A DNA stretch of 64,000 nucleotides from Escherichia phage HP3. The stretch is taken from the sequence record NC_041919.1; one strand, given 5' to 3'. Made by a program: the position numbers and the translations under genes. Below are positions 8,247-18,166 of this stretch, piece by piece. How positions within the stretch are numbered: the first letter of the stretch is position 1; every line of letters starts with the position of its first letter. Below the pieces are notes generated by a model that did no database searches, was not told the DNA's origin, and saw nothing but the letters and a program-made list of their open reading frames with translations.

Positions 8247-9256
8247 TGAAAACAGTAATGAAAAGCTATTTTGGTAGTCATCTTTATGGAACTTCTACCC
8301 CAGAATCTGATGTAGATTTTAAAGAAATCTTTGTTCCTCCTGCTCGTGATATTCTTATCGGAAATGTTAAAGAGCACATGAGTAAAAACACTAACAACAC
8401 ATCATCTAAAAACACTAAAGATGATATTGACCATGAACTATACAGTCTTAAATATTTCTTTAAATTAGCAGCAGATGGTGAAACTGTAGCGTTAGATATG
8501 CTTCACACTCCACCTGAACTAGTGGTTAAATCTGATTTGCCTGATGTGTGGAAGTTTATTCAAGACAACCGTTCTCGTTTTTATACGACTAACATGAAAT
8601 CCTATTTAGGATATGTCCGTAAGCAAGCTTCTAAATACGGCGTTAAGGGTTCTCGTTTGGCTGCATTACGTGATGTATTGAAAGTAGTTAATCAAATCCC
8701 TGAGCAATGGGTTGATTACCAAGAAGATGGTTCTATTAAGCAGCGTCGTACTAAAGTTGAAGATATTAAGCATCGTCTTCCAGAAAACGAATTCTGTGAA
8801 TGGGTGTTCCATAATCATGAGAAAACAGGCCCACAGACGTTCTACACAGTGTTGGGTCGTAAATATCAGACAACGCTTTCTCTTATTGAGCTTAAGCAGT
8901 CACTGAACAAATTAGATGCTGAATACGGTGAACGTGCTCGTAAGGCCGAAGCCAATGAAGGTATTGACTGGAAAGCTATGAGTCATGCTTGCCGTGGTGG
9001 ACTCCAACTATTGGAAATTTACAAAACTGGTGACTTGGTTTATCCACTCCAAGATGCTCCATTTATTCTCGACGTGAAGTTGGGTAAACATCCATTTAAA
9101 ACGGTTCAAGAGTTTTTGGAAGATGTGGTCGATCAAGTAGAAGCAGCATCTACTGAAGCTTCTAAGAACGGTATGCAGCAAAAAGTAGACATGGGTTTTT
9201 GGGATGACTTCCTTGAGAGGGTTTATCTTGAAAACCACCGAAGTTATTATAAATGA
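8243..9256 (+). CDS. nucleotidyltransferase-fold protein (337 aa)
   Basis: N-terminal FGSHLYGTSTPESDVDF fits the pol-beta-type G[GS]x9-13 DxD motif, third acidic residue in VALDML; ATGA overlap with upstream gene. Confidence 0.6.
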   Translation: MMKTVMKSYFGSHLYGTSTPESDVDFKEIFVPPARDILIGNVKEHMSKNTNNTSSKNTKDDIDHELYSLKYFFKLAADGETVALDMLHTPPELVVKSDLPDVWKFIQDNRSRFYTTNMKSYLGYVRKQASKYGVKGSRLAALRDVLKVVNQIPEQWVDYQEDGSIKQRRTKVEDIKHRLPENEFCEWVFHNHEKTGPQTFYTVLGRKYQTTLSLIELKQSLNKLDAEYGERARKAEANEGIDWKAMSHACRGGLQLLEIYKTGDLVYPLQDAPFILDVKLGKHPFKTVQEFLEDVVDQVEAASTEASKNGMQQKVDMGFWDDFLERVYLENHRSYYK

Positions 9257-9258
9257 TA

Positions 9259-9283
9259 GGGAGCCTTCGGGCTCCCTTTTTTT
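9259..9283 (+). terminator. rho-independent terminator
   Basis: GGGAGCC-TTCG-GGCTCCC + TTTTTTT. Confidence 0.85.
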
Positions 9284-9307
9284 ATTTCAAAAATTTTTCA
9301 CAAAATT

Positions 9308-9337
9308 GTTTACAAGCATAAAGCTTTATGGTACTAT
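9308..9337 (+). promoter_or_regulatory. T4-type early promoter with conserved leader
   Basis: GTTTAC 9308-9313, TACTAT 9332-9337; leader nearly identical to the one at 36377-36446. Confidence 0.6.
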
Positions 9338-9371
9338 ACAACTATCAACTGATACGGATTTGGAGAATAAA

Positions 9372-10340
9372 ATGAAAACTGTAACTATCAATAAGGGTAT
9401 CTACTTCGGTAAAGAAATCTCTGGAACTTTTGAGCTCTTAGGTGAATGGTTCCCAGATAATGCTCCGGTAGATGCACAAGGAGATGGTAAAGTTTTTGTT
9501 GAAATTGACGGTAAGCGTCGCGGTGTTTGGGTTTACAAATCAGACATTTCATATGATGGTGTAAAAGTTGAAGAAGTTAAAGAATCGTATGAAGATATGA
9601 AAACCCGCATTAATAAAAGATTTAATGTTATGGGAATGATGACGAATGGTATTATTAACGGAAACATTCGTTCATTAATTATCTCTGGTGCGGCGGGTAT
9701 TGGTAAAACGTATTCTTTAGATAAAGCTTTAAATAAAGCAAATGATATTGGATACATTGAATATAAAAGCATTAATGGTAAAATCTCTGGTATTGGTCTT
9801 TATGAGCAGCTTTGGAATAATCGTGAAGAGAATTCTGTACTTTTGATTGATGATGTGGATGTTTTCTCTGATATGGACATTCTTAATCTTCTGAAAGCTG
9901 CTCTGGACACCGGAGAGACCCGCAAAGTCTGCTGGAGCACTGCATCTTCTTACTTAGAAGAAAAAGGCATTGAGCGTGAGTTTGAATTTAAAGGAACGAT
10001 TGTTTTTATCACAAACGTTGACATTGACCGCGAATTAGACCGTGGTACTAAACTTGCTCCACATTTACAAGCATTAGTTTCCCGCTCGGTTTATTTAGAT
10101 TTGGGTGTTCACACTAATGAAGAAATTATGGTCAGGGTTGAAGATGTTATTCTTTCAACTGACATGATGCAAAAACGCGGTCTTTCTGATGAAGAAACTT
10201 ATAAAGCATTATCATGGATGAAAGTCAATGTTAATCGTTTACGCAATGTTTCACTGCGTACTGCACTTTATCTTGCTGACTTTATTATGACCGACAAAAA
10301 CGGTTGGGAAGAAATCGCTGAGGTTACTCTTCTGAAATAA
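9372..10340 (+). CDS. P-loop NTPase / AAA-like ATPase (322 aa)
   Basis: Walker A SGAAGIGKT, Walker B VLLIDDVD; ATG 9372 after GGAG SD; track ORF 9204-10340 trimmed. Confidence 0.7.
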   Translation: MKTVTINKGIYFGKEISGTFELLGEWFPDNAPVDAQGDGKVFVEIDGKRRGVWVYKSDISYDGVKVEEVKESYEDMKTRINKRFNVMGMMTNGIINGNIRSLIISGAAGIGKTYSLDKALNKANDIGYIEYKSINGKISGIGLYEQLWNNREENSVLLIDDVDVFSDMDILNLLKAALDTGETRKVCWSTASSYLEEKGIEREFEFKGTIVFITNVDIDRELDRGTKLAPHLQALVSRSVYLDLGVHTNEEIMVRVEDVILSTDMMQKRGLSDEETYKALSWMKVNVNRLRNVSLRTALYLADFIMTDKNGWEEIAEVTLLK

Positions 10341-10441
10341 TTCATAAGAGGCCTTCTATGACAAAAAGGCAGTTCAGAAATAGATTATATGGACTGCCAT
10401 CAAAAAGATGATTAGAATTAAACTGGTAAATGGAGGTAGTG

Positions 10442-10744
10442 ATGTTATACTCAAAGGCTCGTGAAATTTACGAAACTAAAATTAAAGACGCGGTTCATCA
10501 GTTCGCAACGACAATGCGTTGGACAAATGACTGGGAATACTCCAAGAATCATAAGAAGCCCTTGGTGACAAGAAAGGCTCATATGTTAGTGTTAATAGAC
10601 CGTGAGCAGATTAAAGCCCGAGAAGCCCTCCAGAATCATAAAAAGGCTGCCTTTGAATGGTTTATGGATAACACTGCTCCTGAGACTAAGAAAGCGGTAA
10701 GCGCATGGTTCAGTGGAAAAAATTGTGAAAGAAGTTTCTTTTAG
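10442..10744 (+). CDS. hypothetical protein (100 aa)
   Basis: ATG 10442 after GGAGG SD; track ORF trimmed. Confidence 0.5.
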   Translation: MLYSKAREIYETKIKDAVHQFATTMRWTNDWEYSKNHKKPLVTRKAHMLVLIDREQIKAREALQNHKKAAFEWFMDNTAPETKKAVSAWFSGKNCERSFF

Positions 10745-10746
10745 TG

Positions 10747-10776
10747 GTTTACAAGACTGTTCCTCTGTGGTACTAT
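10747..10776 (+). promoter_or_regulatory. T4-type early promoter
   Basis: GTTTAC 10747-10752, TACTAT 10771-10776; shares TGGTACTATACAACTATCAACTAC leader motif. Confidence 0.6.
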
Positions 10777-10804
10777 ACAACTATCAACTACGGAGGAACA
10801 CAAA

Positions 10805-11332
10805 ATGAACGCTAAAGATATTTTCAACCTGGTAAATTACAACGATGGTAAATTTAAATCTGAAGCACAAAGCAAGTTCTTTAATGACATCTCAATCGGA
10901 GGTGAAATCACGGTTGACGGAGGACAAATTTACAAATCTCGTTGGAATTGGATCGTTATTATCGATGAGATTGGTATTGTAGAAATTTACAAGAATACGA
11001 ATAAAAATCGTACATTACACTGGTCTCGTGATACTAACGAACAGTACAAAAAGGATAAAGCATCTAAATTATCTCGTGTAACTCAAGAAGATATTGAGTT
11101 CATCAAGAAAGATATTTTGATGTATGATAACTTAATTGCTGAAGAGCAAGCTGTTATTGATAAATTTGATGAGATTAAAGCTTCTCGTGAAATTCCTGAT
11201 TTTATGAAAGAATCAGTAAATGAACGATACACTCTCATTTCAGAGCGTATTGAAACTTACAAAAAGCAAAGAGCTGAACGCCAAAATACTCTTCGGAAGT
11301 TTGAAGAACGGTTAAAGACGGTACTCGCATAA
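10805..11332 (+). CDS. hypothetical protein (175 aa)
   Basis: Track ORF with GGAGG SD. Confidence 0.6.
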   Translation: MNAKDIFNLVNYNDGKFKSEAQSKFFNDISIGGEITVDGGQIYKSRWNWIVIIDEIGIVEIYKNTNKNRTLHWSRDTNEQYKKDKASKLSRVTQEDIEFIKKDILMYDNLIAEEQAVIDKFDEIKASREIPDFMKESVNERYTLISERIETYKKQRAERQNTLRKFEERLKTVLA

Positions 11333-11387
11333 CCGCTTTATACCAAGGATGGTATAATGGTTCTAAGCCCTTTTAATTGAGATTATT

Positions 11388-11795
11388 ATGAAACAGTTGA
11401 TAATTAAAAGATTGAATTTATTGATATGTTGTTTATGTGTAGTAGTTGCATATGGTTATTACGCAATTAATGATTATATGCATTATAAAGATTATGATGT
11501 TACTGTAGTTAATACCTTTACAGGAACTCAAGGAAAGGGGTCTAGTTTATCGTTTATTGCTGTATATGAACTCAAAGACGGTTATAGATTTAGCGAATAT
11601 ATTTCACCAGAGATGTATTCATCAATAGAAAAAGGCGATAATATTACTGTAAGTTTACGTCCTTTCGACGTAAAACAGACATTGTTTGATAATATTGTTT
11701 GGTTCTTTGGAATGGTATTAGTTCAATCTGTGTGTGGTGCTTATATAGTCTGTTCCATCTTATTCTGTATATTTAGTAAAATTGAAATTGAGTGA
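11388..11795 (+). CDS. membrane protein (135 aa)
   Basis: Hydrophobic N- and C-terminal segments. Confidence 0.5.
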   Translation: MKQLIIKRLNLLICCLCVVVAYGYYAINDYMHYKDYDVTVVNTFTGTQGKGSSLSFIAVYELKDGYRFSEYISPEMYSSIEKGDNITVSLRPFDVKQTLFDNIVWFFGMVLVQSVCGAYIVCSILFCIFSKIEIE

Positions 11796-11802
11796 GGAAA
11801 AT

Positions 11803-12690
11803 ATGTCAGTAGTAATTAATAATGTCAATGCAGTAATTAAATCTTTAGTTAATAAAAAATTGAATGAATGGACTGTACTTCGTCGTGGAGAGCCAGATAA
11901 ATTTTTTCATAGATTTAACCCAACTTTGGATTTGAATGTTATTGACAGAGATGTTCATGCTGAAATTTTAGATAAATTTAAAGTTGATATTGGGTTTGGA
12001 TTAGATAAACATTTACAACGAACAAACGGGTCTGGAATGGGTTTATCTAATCGCATCATGAAAGCCCTTAATAAAATTGGAGCGTTGTCTCGTATTAATG
12101 CGAGTGAAATCCTTCGCAATTATAATAAAGGATATGACCTTTATGGTCGATTAATGCCGAAATTATCATTTGACCAAATGATCGCAGATTTGTGGGAAAA
12201 TCAACGACGATTATTAGCATTAGGCGCTCGATTAGCTAAAGGTCTAGATAAACAAATGATTTTTAAGACCAATAATACAGAAGACCTTAAATGCTTTAAA
12301 TTTAGTATTCGTGGCGATGATTATTATATCAGAGCTCACTCTACAGATTATGTTAATATGGGGCATCATCTCTGTTTAGCTTTTGAAGTTTTAAAAGAAG
12401 CCGGAACATTAGAATATTCATCTGGTGCAAAATGCCCTATTGGTTCAAGTTGTATTTTAATTTATCGCCCGGATGAATCCAGTTCAACTAAATTGCCTAC
12501 AAAACCTGTACCAGTTCGTAGTAATGAAAAACATTCTGAGCAAATTGATTATTTTAATAAGCAAATTGAAGAGCTGAATATTTCTATTCAACAATATGAT
12601 GATGAAATTTTCAGACTATCTGGACTGAGTAGTAAAGCTAAATCTGAGCGTGAAAAGTTAATTAAAATTATCGATTTACTTAAATCTTAA
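11803..12690 (+). CDS. paralog family B member 1 (295 aa), C-terminal coiled coil
   Basis: ATG 11803 after TGAGGAAAAT; shared motif WENQRRLLALGARL; heptad-rich tail. Confidence 0.6.
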   Translation: MSVVINNVNAVIKSLVNKKLNEWTVLRRGEPDKFFHRFNPTLDLNVIDRDVHAEILDKFKVDIGFGLDKHLQRTNGSGMGLSNRIMKALNKIGALSRINASEILRNYNKGYDLYGRLMPKLSFDQMIADLWENQRRLLALGARLAKGLDKQMIFKTNNTEDLKCFKFSIRGDDYYIRAHSTDYVNMGHHLCLAFEVLKEAGTLEYSSGAKCPIGSSCILIYRPDESSSTKLPTKPVPVRSNEKHSEQIDYFNKQIEELNISIQQYDDEIFRLSGLSSKAKSEREKLIKIIDLLKS

Positions 12691-12698
12691 GGAACACC

Positions 12699-13721
12699 AT
12701 GAAAACTCGTTCTCAAATTGAAGATATGGTTCGTAATGCCAGCTATACTCGTGATGCTATGACATTTTTGTGCGAAAATAATTTAGACCTTGGTAAAGTT
12801 AATTGTTCCATTCACGCCTTTAAACATCTGAACAGCAGTGAATGGGTGCGTAATTTTAATGAAGCTGGGTATATTACTCAAATGACTGCTCGTGAACAGC
12901 TCACCGATTTCTGTAAAACTATTGATTATAAAAATCCTCTATTTGTTCAAGGTGTTGGTCAGAGTAAGGTCGATTTATCATCTGGATTTTTCAATCCAAA
13001 TCATTATCGTATTGAATGGAGATTTATTGCTCTATTCCGTAAACAATTAAAGCAAATTTTGTCTACTGCTAGTCGATTAAAAGGTTCTGATATTAACTTA
13101 AAGAATCTGAAATTTGATGGTTATACTCTTCAGATGGAAGTAAGACCATTAAAAGAAAATAACAGAACTGCACGAATTAGCTTTAAACCTAATACAAAAA
13201 ATTCTCTTTCAATTTGTGAATGCCTTAAATCACAGTTGACAGAAGCATTTAAGTATATGGATGTAGTTGCCGCGGTTCAGTCTAAGATTTTACCTCATTT
13301 TGAGCGAAATTGGGAACATACAACAACGTATGAACTTGATATGATCGTTTCATTTAAATACGATTTTTTGAGAAAGGACGAAGTCCCGCAAGAGAAAAAG
13401 CAGGAAGTGCAAGATATCTTAAATTTATCCAATTACTCATCAAACGATCCTAAATTTTGGATGTATAGTTCAGGTAATAAAGATACATGGAAATTCAATA
13501 AAGTGAATTTTCTTCCTGTTGAAAATCCGAGTCTTAAACCTGTTGAAAAATGGCACGCGGATGCGATTGAGAAGTCTATCAAGGCAGTAGATGATGAACT
13601 CGTTAAAGCAACTAATGAAGTGTTAGAAGCTGAAAAGATGCTAGAAAAAGCTCAAGAAAAAGTCAAAAATCTTACGAAGCAACGTTCTAAACTGAACAAC
13701 GCACTAAATGCACTAAACTAG
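12699..13721 (+). CDS. paralog family B member 2 (340 aa)
   Basis: Motif WRFIALFRKQLKQILSTASRL aligns with next ORF; coiled-coil tail. Confidence 0.65.
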   Translation: MKTRSQIEDMVRNASYTRDAMTFLCENNLDLGKVNCSIHAFKHLNSSEWVRNFNEAGYITQMTAREQLTDFCKTIDYKNPLFVQGVGQSKVDLSSGFFNPNHYRIEWRFIALFRKQLKQILSTASRLKGSDINLKNLKFDGYTLQMEVRPLKENNRTARISFKPNTKNSLSICECLKSQLTEAFKYMDVVAAVQSKILPHFERNWEHTTTYELDMIVSFKYDFLRKDEVPQEKKQEVQDILNLSNYSSNDPKFWMYSSGNKDTWKFNKVNFLPVENPSLKPVEKWHADAIEKSIKAVDDELVKATNEVLEAEKMLEKAQEKVKNLTKQRSKLNNALNALN

Positions 13722-13750
13722 TTTACTTTGCCACAAGGATGTGGTATAAT
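13721..13750 (+). promoter_or_regulatory. T4-type early promoter (duplicate of 59958-59987)
   Basis: GTTTAC 13721-13726, TATAAT 13745-13750; 30-nt block nearly identical to the 59958 copy. Confidence 0.65.
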
Positions 13751-13778
13751 GTTCTTACTTTCTACTGAGGAGATTAAT

Positions 13779-14780
13779 ATGACTCGTAACGAATATATCA
13801 AATCATTCAATAGCGTTATTGATGATAAAGTTAAACCTGTGTTTAGTCAGAATAGTGTTATTTCCATTATCAATCAATGGCTCAATAATATTGATGCAAG
13901 TATTGTTTCTTCAAGCAAATTTATTCATGAAGTTCATAAAATTTCTAGTCGCGAATATAAAGATGATATTAAGGAAACTTTTAAAGGTTCTCGTCTTCTT
14001 TCATATTTAGTTAATCAAGATATTCTTGGTAAATTTGGGAAAGAAATTAAACGAACTAAAGATGTAGTAGGATACAGTTGGTTCGGTGATGTTAATTCTT
14101 ATCATCTTAATAATAAAGAAGACCCTGAGAATATTTTTACTCGTCGTTGGATTAGTAATTTTAGACTTTTCAAGAAGCAAATTCTAAAATCAGCTTCTAA
14201 ATTATGCTATGGTGATTATCGTCAAATCCATCCTTGGGCTTCTGATATGATTATCATAAAAGAATATGAGCTTGATAAAAATAAAGCAGCTATTTTTGTG
14301 AATTATGAATTTTTTACACCAGAAGCTAATCAAAAGAACATTAATAAATTTTTCTCAATTGCTAGCGATATAACTCGTCAGTTAGAGACCGCATTACTTT
14401 GTATGGAAACAGTAGAAAATATTCATACTTATCCTTTTAAGAATATATGCGGTTGGGAAGGATATAAAATTGTAGTTAGTCTCCGTGAAGTAAAGTGTGC
14501 GTACTCACCGACTGATAAAGAAATTTACCAACAAAAATGTGATGAAATTGTGAATACTCCTAAAGAAGAAACTACCCTTGAGGAACTAATGGAATGTCTT
14601 GACGATTCGCCTGAACCAGTAGAAATTCGTCCAGAAGTTATTGCACTAGAAAAAGCTTATAAAGAAGTTCTAGAAATTTCTAATAAAGCGCAGAAAGAAT
14701 ATGAGCAGGCTAAAAAGATTTGGGAAGAATCCGTTAATCGTCTTGATCGTCTTGAACAAGCTTTACAGTTAATTAAGTAA
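13779..14780 (+). CDS. paralog family B member 3 (333 aa)
   Basis: ATG 13779 after GAGGAG SD; motif WISNFRLFKKQILKSASKL; coiled-coil tail. Confidence 0.65.
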   Translation: MTRNEYIKSFNSVIDDKVKPVFSQNSVISIINQWLNNIDASIVSSSKFIHEVHKISSREYKDDIKETFKGSRLLSYLVNQDILGKFGKEIKRTKDVVGYSWFGDVNSYHLNNKEDPENIFTRRWISNFRLFKKQILKSASKLCYGDYRQIHPWASDMIIIKEYELDKNKAAIFVNYEFFTPEANQKNINKFFSIASDITRQLETALLCMETVENIHTYPFKNICGWEGYKIVVSLREVKCAYSPTDKEIYQQKCDEIVNTPKEETTLEELMECLDDSPEPVEIRPEVIALEKAYKEVLEISNKAQKEYEQAKKIWEESVNRLDRLEQALQLIK

Positions 14781-14832
14781 TTTAAAGCCAAGGATGGCTC
14801 GGAGTATAAACCATTAACCAAGTGAGAAGAAT

Positions 14833-15762
14833 ATGAAAACTCGTAAACATTATATTGATTATTTTGACAGTCTTATTACTAAACACCGTAATTATCAGAT
14901 CGGGCACAGAGCAGTAATCAATAATATTCTTCGTGATTTCCTTCAATATGTTGGTCAGGAAAATCATATCTGTAAAGATACTCAAAACGCTTATTCTCAT
15001 TCGTTAGGCAATTTGCTTGAATGGTTTAAACGTTCTCGTATGTTATCTTCTACTGTAGCTCATGAGAACATTAAAAACTTTATGAAGCCGAGCTTCATTA
15101 AATCTGAGACATCTATAACCGATTTGGTTGAATTTACTATTGTTAATGATGTTAAAAAGACTCATTTGGCTGATTGGTTTTCTACCATTCCTGAAACTAA
15201 ATTTGCTGATAAATTTGCTTGTCAATTCAATGACCAAGTGAATATGCTTTTTAAGCATGCTCGCAAACTATTTACCGCGGGCGATGACCGTACAAATACA
15301 GTTCATGTTAAGGACTGGGTTATTGCTGATGAAGTAACACACAAGCCAGGTGGTTCATCAGTATTAATTAATATCCAGGTTCCTTATTATTACTCACGTA
15401 ATCTTGGCACCATGACAGCTAAAGAAATTAATAAGCACAACAAAACTATTCGTTCGTTGTCTTATAAACTCCGCATGATGTTAAAAATTATGGACGTAGT
15501 GGAAATGTATGACGAAACCGAAGATAATGGTTCAATGTTATACAGTTCACGCATTCTAATTAAACTGAAGAACCCTAATACATATAAGACAGTTGTAAAA
15601 GAGCCTAAAGTAGAAAAGGTTGATAATCTGAGTGAAGAACGTGAATATCTCAATGCCCGTTTGATTGAAGTTGAAGCCCAAATTGCAGAACACACCAAAT
15701 TGTTAAAAGCTCTTAATGCAAAAGCAAATGGTTTACGTAATGCTATTGAGGTATTGAAATGA
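14833..15762 (+). CDS. paralog family B member 4 (309 aa)
   Basis: Starts MKTR like member 2; motif FNDQVNMLFKHARKL; coiled-coil tail. Confidence 0.65.
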   Translation: MKTRKHYIDYFDSLITKHRNYQIGHRAVINNILRDFLQYVGQENHICKDTQNAYSHSLGNLLEWFKRSRMLSSTVAHENIKNFMKPSFIKSETSITDLVEFTIVNDVKKTHLADWFSTIPETKFADKFACQFNDQVNMLFKHARKLFTAGDDRTNTVHVKDWVIADEVTHKPGGSSVLINIQVPYYYSRNLGTMTAKEINKHNKTIRSLSYKLRMMLKIMDVVEMYDETEDNGSMLYSSRILIKLKNPNTYKTVVKEPKVEKVDNLSEEREYLNARLIEVEAQIAEHTKLLKALNAKANGLRNAIEVLK

Positions 15763-16148
15763 AAAAGCGTTTATTAGAAGACATTGCAGCTTCAAGTAAT
15801 TCCAGTTTAATTAAAATTATTATGGCTGGTGAGGAAGATGATATGGAAATGCGTGGAAAGATTCACGGCTGCGACGATTTAGATTTTAAACCTCCAGCAT
15901 GGGATGCTATTATGGCTATGGTTGAACGACGTGAAAGAGCTTCTAAAAACGTTCCTAATTGCCCTGAATGCGGTACTGAACAAGTTCAGTTGATTAACTG
16001 GCGTAAACCAGAGCTTGAATATAAATGCCGTCAATGTAAACATAAATTCAGTAAGCATGCTCCGGAAATGGTTAAATTGCCTGACTCTACTGAGTTCTTT
16101 AAAGAACTTGTGAGTGTTCAACCAATGCCTAATAATATTTTGGATTAA
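15759..16148 (+). CDS. zinc-ribbon protein (129 aa)
   Basis: CPECG...CRQC four-Cys ribbon. Confidence 0.55.
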   Translation: MKKRLLEDIAASSNSSLIKIIMAGEEDDMEMRGKIHGCDDLDFKPPAWDAIMAMVERRERASKNVPNCPECGTEQVQLINWRKPELEYKCRQCKHKFSKHAPEMVKLPDSTEFFKELVSVQPMPNNILD

Positions 16149-16150
16149 AA

Positions 16151-16393
16151 ATGACCAAGCGTAAAGAATATATGGAGGCTGCTGAAAAGGCAGTCCGTGA
16201 ATTAGCAATAGCTTATTATAATGAACACGGTAAATTTCCTGATAGATACAGCGTGCTTAAATCTGCTTTAACTCGTTCATATAAAAATATGCTATCAGAA
16301 GTAAGTGATATTATATACAAACATAAAGAACAAACGGGCCAAAGTCTTGATTACGACGAGACTTTTAAACAAGTACTAGGAATTAAGGAATAA
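16151..16393 (+). CDS. hypothetical protein (80 aa)
   Basis: Track ORF. Confidence 0.55.
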   Translation: MTKRKEYMEAAEKAVRELAIAYYNEHGKFPDRYSVLKSALTRSYKNMLSEVSDIIYKHKEQTGQSLDYDETFKQVLGIKE

Positions 16394-16394
16394 T

Positions 16395-16658
16395 ATGTTT
16401 AAAGTATATGGTTATGATAGCAACATTCATAAATGCGTGTATTGCGATAATGCAAAACGTCTTTTGACTGTGAAGAAACAGCCGTTTGAATTTATCAACA
16501 TTATGCCGGAAAAAGGTGTTTTTGATGATGAGAAAATCGCTGAGCTTCTGACTAAACTAGGTCGTGATACTCAAATCGGCTTGACAATGCCTCAGGTATT
16601 TGCTCCTGATGGAAGTCATATTGGTGGATTTGACCAACTGCGAGAATATTTTAAATGA
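16395..16658 (+). CDS. nrdC: glutaredoxin/thioredoxin NrdC (87 aa)
   Basis: CVYC active site, 87 aa as T4 NrdC. Confidence 0.9.
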   Translation: MFKVYGYDSNIHKCVYCDNAKRLLTVKKQPFEFINIMPEKGVFDDEKIAELLTKLGRDTQIGLTMPQVFAPDGSHIGGFDQLREYFK

Positions 16659-16870
16659 TGCTCGAAGGAACTGACTATATTCATGATTACCGCGGAAGCG
16701 CGGTATATGTAGGTGATGAAGTTGCAGTTTATTATGGGTATGGAACTTTGATGACAGCCAAGGTTATTCAAATTAAAAATAATCGTGCTAAACTCGAAGT
16801 TTATTATTCTAATGGCGAAAAGTCTATTTCTAAGTGGAAATACGGCGATTGCATGGTCAAACTGGGGTAA
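16655..16870 (+). CDS. hypothetical protein (71 aa)
   Basis: Track ORF with ATGA overlap. Confidence 0.5.
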   Translation: MMLEGTDYIHDYRGSAVYVGDEVAVYYGYGTLMTAKVIQIKNNRAKLEVYYSNGEKSISKWKYGDCMVKLG

Positions 16871-16872
16871 AT

Positions 16873-17043
16873 ATGATTTACGATATTAATGTATCACGAG
16901 CTCCGTCAATGGTTACTATTCCAGCCGAAGAACTAGATCGTCTTCAGAAAATTGAAGAACTTCTTTGGGAAATTGAATGTGACCTGCCATCAGGACTAGA
17001 ATCTTGGATTGATTATGAAGAACTTAATAAGCTTCGGGGTTAA
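16873..17043 (+). CDS. hypothetical protein (56 aa)
   Basis: ATG 16873 right after upstream stop; track ORF 16834-17043 trimmed. Confidence 0.4.
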   Translation: MIYDINVSRAPSMVTIPAEELDRLQKIEELLWEIECDLPSGLESWIDYEELNKLRG

Positions 17044-17165
17044 ACCTTGGTGGGCGGCTAGATGGGAAACTGTAGAGCCAGAGCCGGAAGAACCGGTTTA
17101 CACTGATGAAGAAACAATATATAATGAACCAACGATAAATGACTTAATTGATATGGAGATGGGAC

Positions 17166-17651
17166 ATGATTACAGTAGATAAGTGGTTTAGAATTAATCG
17201 TGCTGATACAGGGCTGTGTAATTACTGGCCGGAACTTAGTGCAGGTACTGTCTTTAAAGTTCGTGAACTTGCAAAAGAATGTGAAGATGATATAGAGCCT
17301 GATACTGGAATTATTGAAATTGAACTTTCCGACGGAAAGATTATTAACATCTACGATAAGCCAATTACGTATTGGTGCTTGTGGAATACTGAATCCATTG
17401 AAAATGGCGAAATTGAAGAAGTTGTAGAGCGAACTAATCAAGTTGTTCAGAAGCCTAAAGCCGATTTTCAAGGTGAACGTATTTCATACGCATTAGCTAA
17501 ATTAGCTGCACAAGAAAATAACGATGGCTATGAAGGAAATTTGATGCAAGCTGCGGCAGAATATATTGAATGGCTTGAAACCCAAATTTCTTTTTCTGAC
17601 CAAAAGATTCGGCAATATAAGCGATTGAATCAAATGTTTTACAATACTTGA
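17166..17651 (+). CDS. hypothetical protein (161 aa) at the T4 pin position
   Basis: ATG 17166; 161 aa and position between nrdC and gene 49 are consistent with T4 Pin, but identity not verified. Confidence 0.5.
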   Translation: MITVDKWFRINRADTGLCNYWPELSAGTVFKVRELAKECEDDIEPDTGIIEIELSDGKIINIYDKPITYWCLWNTESIENGEIEEVVERTNQVVQKPKADFQGERISYALAKLAAQENNDGYEGNLMQAAAEYIEWLETQISFSDQKIRQYKRLNQMFYNT

Positions 17652-17692
17652 AAATAATAAATACCCTTATCTATTTAAGGTAAGGGTTTATT

Positions 17693-18166
17693 ATGTTATT
17701 GACTGGCAAATTATACAAAGAAGAAAAACAGAAATTTTATAATGCACAAAACGGTAAATGCTTAATTTGCCAACGAGAACTAAATCCTGATGTTCAAGCT
17801 AATCACCTTGACCATGATCATGAATTAAATGGACCAAAAGCAGGAAAGGTACGTGGATTGCTTTGTAATCTCTGCAATGCCGCAGAAGGTCAAATGAAGC
17901 ATAAATTTAATCGTTCTGGCTTAAAGGGACAAGGTGTTGATTATCTTGAATGGTTAGAAAATTTACTTACTTATTTAAAATCCGATTACACCCAAAATAA
18001 TATTCACCCTAACTTTATTGGAGATAAATCAAAGGAATTTTCTCGTTTAGGAAAAGAGGAAATGATGGCTGAGATGCTTCAAAGAGGATTTGAATATAAT
18101 GAATCTGACACTAAAACACAGTTAATAGCTTCATTTAAGAAGCAGCTTAGAAAGAGTTTAAAATGA
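17693..18166 (+). CDS. 49: endonuclease VII, Holliday junction resolvase (157 aa)
   Basis: 157 aa; Cys/His cluster CLICQ..HLDHDH..CNLCN typical of T4 endo VII. Confidence 0.9.
   Translation: MLLTGKLYKEEKQKFYNAQNGKCLICQRELNPDVQANHLDHDHELNGPKAGKVRGLLCNLCNAAEGQMKHKFNRSGLKGQGVDYLEWLENLLTYLKSDYTQNNIHPNFIGDKSKEFSRLGKEEMMAEMLQRGFEYNESDTKTQLIASFKKQLRKSLK

Noticed and set aside
17044-17165. Open reading frame spanning the gap before ORF 17166 (acidic E/P-rich peptide)
   Set aside because: Frame is open but has no in-frame start codon with an SD; probably untranslated leader.
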